Positions 49,499 through 60,402 of a stretch of 64,000 nt of DNA are shown here, piece by piece. This DNA comes from Amoebophrya sp. A120. Its lineage: Eukaryota > Protista > Dinoflagellata. The stretch lies in the NCBI GenBank assembly GCA_905178155.1, contig CAJINV010000004.1, forward strand, positions 4,272,518-4,336,517, read 5' to 3'. The position numbers and the translations under genes are program-made. Numbering within the stretch: position 1 is the stretch's first letter; each line of letters begins with the position of its first letter. The notes under the pieces are model-generated. The model saw nothing but the letters and a program-made list of their open reading frames with translations, ran no database searches and was not told where the DNA came from.

Positions 49499-52400
49499 AT
49501 GTCCTCCACCACCTCCTCAACCAATGGCAGCAAAAGGTCGACTGGTCCCCGGGTGACCTACCTGATAGAGGACGTGAGCGCGGCCTCGAAAGACCGCAGG
49601 ACGAATGGAGGCGGTAACCAGAATGGCGGGGGACCGCCTGTCACAGAGCCAGACGAGTACGATCTGACCCCCGCGAACAACAGCCCTGTAGACGGCATCG
49701 ATTTTCTCGGGGCGACCACCTCCGACGGAAGACAGCAGCTTCAAGACGGTCTACACCGCTTCCAACTGTCCCAGGAGTACCAGGCTCTGGACAATGCGAT
49801 ATCCTGTGCAAAAGTATCGTACTCGTAGTAATTGCAGTCATGCATTACTAGAAATCTCCTTCTTAACCTAAATCCGCATTACAAATTCCATTTTTCATGC
49901 TGAGCGAATTTGTCATGCGATTTCTACTAGTGCGATGCTTTTGCATTTCATATGCGATGGCGATGAGCGACTTCCTGCGGTCGAGCGGCAGTAGCATAGT
50001 AGCTTCCTGCGGTGAGCTAGTTGACGACGCGATGTTGAAAACGACCTCCGACATGAAATCCGCATCCCTGCGAATTTCAGAGCCGCCTGCACCAGCAGCA
50101 TCCGGTGGCGGCGCACCAGTAGGTGTAGAAGCTGCAGCTAGCACAGATCCTGAAGCCAATCGTCTAGAATCAGCTTCGACGAACAAGAACCGTGCACGAC
50201 GACGAGGCAGCACGACGAGTGGCGAAGAAGACCAAGACCATGAAGAGGACCACGCAAACCTTCATCTGCGCACCGGCAGCATGGAGTGGGGGCTGAGTGA
50301 TCTTCTCAACGCATCCGATGCGAACGAAGAGGACATGAATAACCTCGACGGTTTTCATTTACCCGTGCTCGGTGGGAATGGTAATGGGGGAGGTGGTGCA
50401 GCTGCAGGTACAACTCGTGCAGCAGCCGGTGGAACAGGTGCAGCTAGTATCAACCACGACAATCTAGACCACAGTGCCTTCGCTTCCGTAAAGGACGAAA
50501 AGTCCTTTTCGTATTCCACACAAGAACTGCTACCGCAGGAGGAGAACAAATCCAGTTCCTCTACGCAGCACGAAGCTGCTGTCAACCGGCTTTTCCAGGA
50601 GGACCAGTGCGAAGACGACAAAATCAGCTCCATGCTACAGAAAAACCAGGAGTTAATGGACGAAGTGAACAGCCGGGGCGGGTGGAGCAAGTCTACGGCT
50701 TCGTACCACAGTGGTCAGGAAGACGTCGATAATTACACCTCTCCGCAGGAGGACCTACTTCACGCTGGCCGTCCACGAGGACAAGCAACGACGACCCGGA
50801 ATTCATCATCTGCCGGAAGTTCTTCCTTGACGAGTTTCAATCTGAGCAACACGGTCACTATGCAGCCAGCTGCTACAGCGACCACTTCCGGGGGCAGTGG
50901 CCGCGGTGCGCCATCCTCCGATCCCCATTCCTTTGGTGGAGGTCGTGCGGGTTCTGGTTCATCTTTTCCCGAGGGTTTCATTTTCTTTGCGCCGGACCAA
51001 AATTTCAATTCCACCAATTCGAGAAATGTTCTTAATAAGGAACCCCGCGGCGGTGATTGTTCCTCCAGCCGACGACCGGCTATTGCGGCTTCTTCTGGAC
51101 AAGAAATAAACAACGGCACTTCGACGAGTGCGTTTGGTTCGTCTTCTTCATCCTCGTCTTCGGCCGCAAACAGCTTTTCTGGAGCAGCCGCTGCAGCTGG
51201 GGACGAGGACTTTATTTCTAGCAGCTCTTGTTCTGCCACTGGCACTGACGACAACGAGAGGACGAACGCGGATTTGACTAAAGGCGGAATGATTTCAAAC
51301 ACCGTAAGCAAGCAAAAGCCAGTACCTCGTCCCGCTTCTGTCGGCGCCGCGAAAACGAAGTTCTTCGTGCGGAACGATATCTACGGGACCGGTTCGGCGT
51401 TTCAAGTCGATTTCGACCACGAACGGGCGCGCGTGCAGGAAGAAGCGAACTCGTGGCAGAGGAAGTTGGCGACGGGCGGCCGGGCAGGTGGTGGTCGCAG
51501 TGGAAACACTGCAGCGGGTCGTGGATCTTACGAAGAAGACAACAGCGCATCCTGGTCCACCGGGGGGACGATATCGAGGAAAACAAAGCTACCTACGGCA
51601 AGCTTCACTTTTCTTTCGTCATCGGGGGAGGCTGGCGCTGAAGGTCTTGGTGCAGGCAATGTCGATGACGAGTATAGTAGACACACACATGACGCATCTG
51701 TAGTTGGAAGAAGCACTAAGCCCGAAGAAGATGAACCTCCGCGGCCCCGCTCTGTCACAACACCAAAGTCGCGTACCCAACTCCTGATTTGGCCCGAGCA
51801 CGGAAGTCGAAGCAACCAGACGAGTAGAACAAGTTCATGGCGTAGCAGGACTAGAAGCGTTTTTGGGCAGCAGTGCAGCGCTCGCACGAATTTTCTGTTT
51901 TACAATTCGCCACGGGCGGGAGTTGGTGGTGCGAACGAGCAAACGGGAGGAGGTAGTTCGTTTGCAAATGACGGAGTTTTTACAACTGGTGTTGGAAATA
52001 CAGATGCTTCGGCAAACGATACTCATACTGCAACTGCCGCAGCCCTCGATGCTACTACGAGGAGGAACAGCAGCTCCAGGCCTTTTTCTTACTTGAACCA
52101 CAACTCTCTGTTCCCGTATAATCCGGTTCCCTCCACTTCTTCGCAAGACGGACCCCCGAAAGTGATATCGCTCGAGCCCACAAGCGCCCGCTCCCCGAAC
52201 TACCGGCGATTGTACGACTTTCTCGGAAGCACGCCGAATGAGAAAAACTTGAGCGCCGGTGCGATCGGGATCGGCTTGGTGCCAGGAGAGAAGAAAAAGT
52301 ACACCAACAGCTCTGGTGGCACAATTTCTCTTTGCCGACCCAACTTTCTACCCGAGGTAGATTGCGTCTCGGGGGTTTTTTCCAAACTAAACCCGAGCAG

Positions 52401-55008
52401 GCTGCTGTTCCCCTCTGGCAGCTCTGCGTCGGCGTCAGCAGCAGCAGGAGCAACAGCGGCTGGCTCAGCTGAACAACCCGACGTCGGCACTACAGCACGG
52501 CCCCCTCCTGTCCGCACCCCGGAGCGGCTTCGGAAGATTGAGCAGCAATACTCCGAGCTGTACTCCCCCATTCGAAAGCGGGTTTTGAGCCCCAAACACC
52601 CTATGGCGGTGGCGTCCACGGGTTACGTGGGCTCCCGGCTGCAGAGTATCCCGCCGCTGCAGCAGGCTCACATCGCCAACGACATACACGTGGCTTCCAC
52701 GCTGATCCAACAGCCCAGCCCAAACAAACTGTATCTGCATTCGGAGTCTCTGACTGCGGGTAGCGAGTATTTGGGTTTCGGGCTGGCATCAACAGGATCT
52801 AGTAGTACTCGTCTGGGCAGGGGCGGAGGTGGTGATCTCTTCGCGAAGTCCGCGTTCGCATCGCCGCGTAAACGGGACTGGAACCACGATCGGGTTGTCC
52901 CCGGCGGCGCGTCGACGAGAGCCATGAGCAGCGGCAAGGGAGATAGGGTGCTTTCTCCTTCATCTCTGACCAAGATTGATGATGAGATGAGAGGACACCA
53001 AAGCAGCAGCCTCTCTATGCCACGCCACAGCAAAATAAACTTGTTCACCGCCTCTCTGAAAGACGAGGAGCGGAGAAGGATGAAACCCAACTACGCACAC
53101 CTTACCGACGACCTTCTGAAAGAGGAGCTTACCGGATTGAGGAACTACTACCGGAAAGTAAATCGGATGACAACTACATCCTCGCGCGCAGCCTCGTCGC
53201 CGGGAGGGATCAGGAGAATGAGCGGAGGTGGTGGACAGATTTCTGTCTACTCGTCCCCGAGAATTAATACTCCGGGCGCAACTGCTGCGAGTACTGCAAC
53301 TACTACCCTTCGCATTCCACAGCCCCGGACGAGCTTCTATGCGGGTTCTAGTTCCTCACAACTGGGGCTGATGTCAGATCATGCCGCAGATTTTACGCCG
53401 TCACACCACCACGACATCAAAGTCAACTACTTCACGAATCGTGCTTCCCTGTCCTCAGCCAGAAGCCGACGGGATTATAGCCAAAACTATACCCAGTCAA
53501 TCCACAGTGAAACTCTCTACCCGCTAATTGGCACCGCGTACAACACTTTACACAACAGCGCGACCACCTTTGCAGCCTCCGCCCGGGCGGCGAAGATGAA
53601 AATTCGCGTTGGCAACCGCACGTCCAGTCCCTCCCTCTACAAAACCGAAACAGCCCGCACGACCCCCATATGAATGTGTCAGGTTTGAAATGGACAAAGT
53701 TGAAATAATTTGCCATGCATAAAATGGATGCCAGTTAGACCTGCAGTTTGTAGTCGGTGCATGACAAATTTTCCCGGTCCTGGAAGCGAGTCTGTCATGC
53801 GGTTTAGGGCAAAAGAGCTGCCTTCTGTCATGCTCGTCAGCAGTCCAACTTTTGACCCTTACCAGGACTATGATCTGCCTCCCTTGCGTCCTCTGCAATA
53901 GAGTCAGTTTTTGTATCGCATTTTATGCATTACAAGTTATTTCAACTTTGTCGATTTCAACTCTGACACATCCATACCCCACCGCCGACAAGTACATGCA
54001 GCGCCACGCGGGGACGTATGCAGGAAAAAACACCCATCCCCATCCAATTTGTCATGCAAAACATGCATAAAATCCACTATTTGTCATGCAAAATATGGAT
54101 GGGGATGGGTGTTTTTTCCTGGATAGGACGCCCTTCAGCCGGTTCCTGCACAGCCGTAGCCGGATATGGAATGCGAATTTATTTTTATTCCTGTACAGAT
54201 ACAAGATTGATACATCACAAATTATTTCGCGAACTTACTTTACTGATAGAAGAAGCGTACCCCTACATGTCATGCTCTGAATAGGATTTTTCTTGTATGT
54301 GCACCGGATGAAATTTCCTGTGGATACCGGAGCAGAACGCCACTAAACGGAAGTAACTTGTCCGGGGCTTTTGGCGGGGAGAAAATCACGCTGGAGTCGC
54401 CTACTTGTCGTTCGGACCGAAGAGTGCTCCAGGGGAACTACGACTCTGCGTCAGCTCTGATTGTGCGGGATTTTGTGGACAAAACGAACACCAGTTTTGA
54501 TGCGGTGTTTGGCGCCGGCGATGATATTACGGGAAGAAGTGGGCCGACGTCGAGGACAACTGGGGAGCGGGTGCAAGAGGTGCCGTCGGTGTTGAACAAT
54601 ACGTCGAACTTCGGTCTTGATCGGGCGGATGATCGATACAACTCCGGTACTACAACTAGCAGAACATCATTTCTTTCTCCATCGCCATCCTCACGAAGAA
54701 TAGGAAAAAATAGCGACGCGCACTGTTTTGCTCCGCAGAATCGTGGTGGTCGTGGAGGAGCAGGACAACTGTCCTCCTCTTTCATCACCTCTTCAATGAA
54801 CCAGCACGAGGACCAAATCGTGGATCACGTGCGGCAAAACCTGACGAAAATCCGGCAAAATCACTTCCGGGATTTGGAGCAGATTTTGAGTCCGCCGGGG
54901 AAGCGGATTCTCTCTGCTTTTGATGACCATAATCGGGACCACCTGCGAGGTCCTCTTGCCAGGGGAATGCGGGGTAGTGGACGGAGCGACTTTTTCTATC
55001 GGGCGTAG
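49499..55008 (+). CDS. Large S/G/T-rich low-complexity protein of unknown function
   Basis: ORFs 49463-49828, 49897-53673 and 54358-55008 join in frame after removing inserts 49800-49952, 53669-53976, 54017-54125 and 54165-54326 with one TSD each. Confidence 0.75.
49800..49952. mobile_element. Introner, family B
   Basis: Family-B TIRs; TSD tgcga. Confidence 0.93.
53669..53976. mobile_element. Introner, family H
   Basis: TATGAATGTGTCAGGTTTGAAATGGACAAAGTTGAAATAA..TTATTTCAACTTTGTCGATTTCAACTCTGACACATCCATA; TSD cccca. Confidence 0.93.
54017..54125. mobile_element. Introner, family J (109 bp)
   Basis: TATGCAGGAAAAAACACCCATCCCCATCCA..TGGATGGGGATGGGTGTTTTTTCCTGGATA; TSD ggacg. Confidence 0.95.
54165..54326. 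mobile_element. Introner, family K (reverse of 62477-62630)
   Basis: TATGGAATGCGAATTT..GAAATTTCCTGTGGATA; TSD ccgga. Confidence 0.85.
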
Positions 55009-55990
55009 GAGTGAACGACGAGTAGATGCGGAGGGGGATTCCGATGTGAATCCGATTCACGTTTGTTTCATTCGGAATGGAACAAAGAACGCATGGTCCA
55101 TGATTTTGATCTCCACCACTGCCGCGTGTTGAGCTCTTCCTCGTCCTGTATGCTTTTTGAAAAAGTGCTAGGTACTGACTGAAACTCAATATCTGCATAA
55201 ACATGACCAGATTCACATGAAGAGCTTCCTTGAGAATAATGCGGTTGCAAAATTTAGGTGATTTTTTGATAATGCTAGAGAAGCGCGGAAAAAAAGACAA
55301 AGACTATGATGAAGAAAAGGAAAAATCATTGCACGCCGCACGACCCATCGGGTTCAGAAGCATCACCAAATCTCAAACTTCAAATGCATCAAATGTAGTA
55401 CTTGTTTCGCGCCACACGATTGTTGTGGTCACAGAAAATATTTATATAGATGCAACTATACGAAACTCCGCAAGTTGTGGCAGATTTCCAACTCGAAAGC
55501 CCCTGCTCGGCATTGGGCTCTACCTGTTCATTGCCTTCTAGCGAGATTGTGTATTAGTGTTTCTGATTTGACCTTCCGTGGTGCGCGCAATCCAAAGATC
55601 CCGACGAAGATCTTGCAATAAATTTTTGCAAAGGTTCTCGCTTTCACTACTTTGGCAAGCATTTTATTCTCTCTTTTTTTCCTTTATTTCCATTTTCTTT
55701 TGACAACGTGACTGCATCTGTAAGTCTCCGATTCAGTAGCATATGACCATTACCATTGCCATGGAGTAAAATGTACCACAGCTGCCAGGGGCTCGCTCGC
55801 TCTGCAAAACAATTTAAGTCCCCGTACTAGCTGAAAATAATATTGGTCGCTTTATCGTCTTCTGTCAGCACAACAACATCACTTTTTACGACGGAGTAGC
55901 AAATTAATCCAAATCGCGAACATCCAAACTTCTTCTAATTCTTTTTGATCGTTAAGTAAAAGTAAGTATTGAAGCAGAGACGGAAAAAAA

Positions 55991-58050
55991 ATGGGGAGCG
56001 ACGACGGAGGCAGAAAAGTTGCGGTCATGTGCGCCGCTGCGGGTGCCTATCCTGAGTAAAAACATACCCACACCAGAGTCAGGATGGGGATTGTGCAACA
56101 CAAACCTAGGAGTTTTGTGAGTCACGCATGACAAGTTGCACTCTGCAGTGTAGTGCAGGTTAGCAAGTGCAGCCGCGTCACAGATTCATCTGCTCATCCT
56201 GTTCACAGCATCACAAATTCCAAAACACGACTGGAAATGGCTCTCATGGGGATGCGCATTACAAGTCTTCCTGTCTTTGCAAATCTGCATTACAACTCTG
56301 GTGTGGGTATGTTTTTACTCAGGATAGTGCCCTGGCGCTAGGCAGTCTTGCTGCGTACTACGCAGTCAGCAGCATGTCGAGCTCATCATCGAAAAACGAG
56401 TTTGACGGAAATGTATAATTAAAAGACTAGCTTGATTCCATGGGAGTTGCATATCCATACTAGCAGCGTCATCTCGCATTGCTTGGCAGATGCGAATGAT
56501 TGAGGATCGCCCTTGCTACTGCATGTACACGCATGCGCCAGTTTTCCTTACCATTTTACTTCTACCGGTCGTGGTTTTGTGAGCAAGACAGGTTTCTCGA
56601 TGAATTCAAATGCAACTACGAAACAGGTGACTGCCGCCCAGATGGTGCAGCTTTTGGAGGAAATCGTGGAGAGTCAGCAGGATATGAAGCTATGAACTGC
56701 AAAACAAGTATTGTACTCGTATGAATGCATTACAAATTTCCGCAGCATGAGAAATAAAATCTGTAATGCGGATATGCCTCTAAGAAAAATATTTGTCATG
56801 CATCATTGCAGTACAAGTGCGATACTTTTGCACAGGATAGAAGCGAATGATGGACGATTTGATGCAGGAAATTACCGCAAAGGACCTCAGCTTCGCCGAA
56901 ATATGCGCCTTGGTGCAGCAGAGAAAACCAAGGGATCTGCTGGAAGAGAAAAACATTTCGATCAAAAGATTCTCAAGTATTTATGCTGCCGCGACCAAGA
57001 TTTTGCTTCTCTTGCCAATAGCAATGTCCTAATCACGACAAACAGACCTTGAACGGATTTTCCATTTTGATGTTTTCTGTGCTTCCTGTTCCTCTTCCTG
57101 CCGTCAGCTTGCAATGCAAGAAAACAAAACTGCTTCATCAGGTCTCCTCGAAGAATTTAGTCACAATCCAACGATTCGAGCAAAGGTGGTGCAGCTCACG
57201 CAATCACAGGCGGAACCCAGCAGCTCAAAAAGCGTATTGATTTCTCATGGTTTTTGTGAATAGCATATGGCAGCAACACTGCAAGATGACGTGGTGTGAT
57301 GTATATTATTGTTGATGATCTTCGAAGGGCGTCGTGTGGTTCCCAGTCTTATTTCTCAACCAGACAAAATCCTGTATCACAGACCATATCACCGGAGCAC
57401 GTAGCGAAGCTTGCGGAGAAGCACAGTGTCACGGAAGTGATCGCCATTCACGAGTACATGCTTATGCACTGCAAAAGTTGTATCGTACTAGTACAAATTG
57501 CATTACAAATTGACTTAGCATAACAAATTGAATTTGTAATGCGGATTTGCCTTTTTAGCAAAAAGATTTGTACTATATGCATAAACGCAGTTAGTACGAG
57601 TACGATAGTACTTTTGCACAGGATAATGCTCGAGCAGCTGCAATCCATCCTGCGAGAAACCACGAGCACGGAATTTAGCTCCAGGGTTGCAACCATTAGT
57701 AGCCAAGCCTTCGTCGCCAAACTTGTGAAGAGAAAGTAAGATACTCTTTTTCATTTGCATTCTTCCTTTTTCAAGGATGTTTTTCTCTTTTGTGGTTCCG
57801 CCCCGTTGCGAAAGATAAAGTTTTTTGCTTTTGGTACTTGTTGAACCTGAACGTGAGGAGGCGGTATCCTCGTTACATAACCTCTATCAGGTATGGCCTT
57901 TCCAGCGAGGAGCTTGAAGCCGTAGTAGCGAACTATCAGCAACAGTTGGGCACGAACGACCGGTTTTTTGAGCTCGGAATCGAGATGCGGGAAGCCGTCC
58001 AGAGCTTGGTGAAGAAAGCGACCGCAAGCGGAGGACCGGCGGTGGCGTAG
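55991..58050 (+). CDS. Small helical protein with an N-terminal hydrophobic anchor, function unknown
   Basis: MGSDDGGRKVAVMCAAAGA|LALGSLAAYYAV..VTAAQMVQLLEEIVESQQDMK|RMMDDLM..EVIAIHEYML|EQLQSIL..YGLSSEELEAVV. Three TIR inserts and several GT-AG introns; middle exon boundaries uncertain. Confidence 0.7.
56048..56326. mobile_element. Introner, family D (near-identical reverse complement of 43348-43626)
   Basis: TATCCTGAGTAAAAACATACCCACACCAGAG TIR; TSD gtgcc. Confidence 0.95.
56691..56839. mobile_element. Introner, family B
   Basis: Family-B TIRs; TSD gaagc. Confidence 0.92.
57463..57625. mobile_element. Introner, family B
   Basis: Family-B TIRs; TSD atgct. Confidence 0.92.
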
Positions 58051-58664
58051 GTGAACGGTAGTGGTGTCCAGCTTTCTGCTGACGTGTTTCATTGGATGTC
58101 TTCTGCCGACGTGTTTCATTACACATTGCAGCGCTTGTGTTTGTCTTCATTCGATGTTGTCGAGAAGACGGGACCATACAAGAAAGTGTGTCGTGTTGCA
58201 GCAGTGCAACTGGTTCCTGTGCGAATTTTCCTGGAGAAGCTCCGCGCTCTTTATTGCAGCCTTGCAAGATGAAGTACTCCGACAAACACAAATGAATCAT
58301 GGATGAAGATGATGAACACGACAGAGTTGAAGATAGTCGCTTCAGCAAGCGAGTTCGCATGTTGAATATGAATACGGAACACTGAACAACAAAGGATAAA
58401 ACGACAATGATACCACACAAATTGAACGACACGACAACGACGACCGACATACTGAACATGGTTCTTCTTCTTCTACAATTCTTCAACGAAAGAAATAAAA
58501 ATTAATGCGCCGACTCTTCTTAAAAGAGTGCAAAAGCAAATGAACAACGAATTCGGAAGGAGAACACCCAGATGATCCCAGCTGAGAATCGGGATGCTGA
58601 TAGTAGCGGCTGTCTTTGTGTTCTTGCGGCCTCTGTCGTCTTTTCTTTGAAATGTGTAGTGACT

Positions 58665-60030
58665 GAAGGTATAGCGGGCTGCCAAAAGTCAAGCGCTTTA
58701 CCTCCTACGCAGTCCGCTCGCCGCCCGGATCGGGCGGCGGCGTGCCTAAATGTCGGCGATGGTTTCTGTTTGTGGGATGAGGTGAGCCAGCGCGCCGGAC
58801 TCGTGGGCCACTGGGCCGATCTGCGCGCATAGTTCCCGCGCCAGCATCGGAAAGCGCTCGCCCGTTGAGGGGGCGGGAGAAGTGGAGGGCTGCGCGGTCG
58901 CCGGGGGCCCCGCGAGTGCCTGCGCGCCGGGTGCAGAGCTGGCGCGCGGCCCTTTGCCGTGTGGTGTTTGGCGGCAGACAGAGGGCGCCGGTTGTGCGGA
59001 AAACCTAGCTCGCCCGTGGACGAGCGTCGTGGGCGCATCTCCCCGCCAACGGAATGCCGCGCGCGGCGGACACCGAGCGACCGTTCGCCCGCGGGCCGGC
59101 TTCGGGGGCAAGGAAGCATTGATGAAACCCAGCCGGTCGGCCGTGTTCTCTCCGCGCAGCCTATGCCCGGGGGGTGCCGCACTGCCTGCGCTGGCCGCCC
59201 ACCGGCATAGGGCGCCACCTTGGCGCCGCCGCGCCTCCCTTGCTTCTTCCCGGGGCGGGCCTGGAAGGGGCCAGGGCCGGTGCGCGGCCCCGCCGCCCGG
59301 CCTCTTGCGCCCGGCCGCGCGCACGCAGGCAGGCGCGCTCGGCAGGGCCCGGGCCTTTGGGGCGGGCGGCGGCCGGGCTAGTTTGGCAGGACGGAGTCCG
59401 GGGCCGTTTGACTATGACGCGCGGCAGCAGATCTTGAACGCCTTCGACTTCTTGTTGCCCGGCGCGGACGAGCCGACTCTGTACAGTGGCGATGTGATCA
59501 GCGTTCGCCCGGATTTCCCGCCGTTGACTTACGTGCCGCCGCAGTCGCTAGCACGCAGCAAAGCGCGGACGACCTCGGGTGGGCCCGCTGATTTTGTTCC
59601 CGTTCCGCCTGCTGCAAGTTGGTGCCGCCCCCCGCGCCGCCGGGCGGGCCGCTTCCGGTCTTCTGTTCTTTGGCGAGGGGGCGCGCCTTTGCGCGGCCGG
59701 CGCCGGCCCGCGCCGCCCGCTTCCAAGCGCCCCGGGCCCGCCCCCGTGTTCCCGTAGTTCGGGCGCGCGACGGGGATAGGGCGCCCGCTGGATGGCGGGT
59801 GCGAGCGTGGTGGCTTGGGCTCCCGCGCCGGCCATTGTGTGGCTGTGTGCTTGGGCGGTGCCCCTCCCTTGGTGTTCTGGTGGGCCTTTATTTTTCGTCT
59901 TGGTGCGCGGGGCGCGTGATATACATTTCTGGCCAAGCTGCCCTGCTGCCTTGCGTGTGTTGTGTGAGTGTGGGCGCCGCTCCTGCTCCGCGCGCGCGGA
60001 ATCGAATTGATTTCGCAGCGCCCCTCTAAT
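58665..60030. mobile_element. Very GC-rich intergenic segment, probable decayed TIR element
   Basis: Abrupt compositional shift resembling 19946-21537. Weak inverted ends (TATAGCGGGCTGCCAAAAGTCAA vs TTGATTTCGCAGCGCCCCTCTA); no TSD found. Confidence 0.4.
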
Positions 60031-60402
60031 TCTTCACGGCAACAAAATTACCGATCGCGACTGCCGTGGCCTTCGCTATATGTTGTTTGGTTCTGGTTGG
60101 AGATCCTGGCGCGTTGACTCTTTTTCCACATTTTCTTTAATGTCCGCTCTCGTGTTCTTTCCGGATCTTCGCTCCCCATGCAAGCAAGGAGGTGAAGGAT
60201 CGGCTTGGGTTTAGATCTGCAGTGCCCGTTGATCTTGGGCTGATGTCTTCTCGTCAATCAATGAATATGAAGATGGCGATGCATTGCCATTGCCGCGTCT
60301 TCGGGCCTCATCAATCTGTTACTATCGATCGCGTTCATTGAGTTCCTTCGTCCGTTGTACTTGTATCCGACATGAAGCACTAGAGCCGCAGCAAATGCGC
60401 AC

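Noticed and set aside
58073-58120. Short tandem duplication TTCTGC(T/C)GACGTGTTTCATT
   Set aside because: Two copies in a 3' UTR or spacer, with no further structure.
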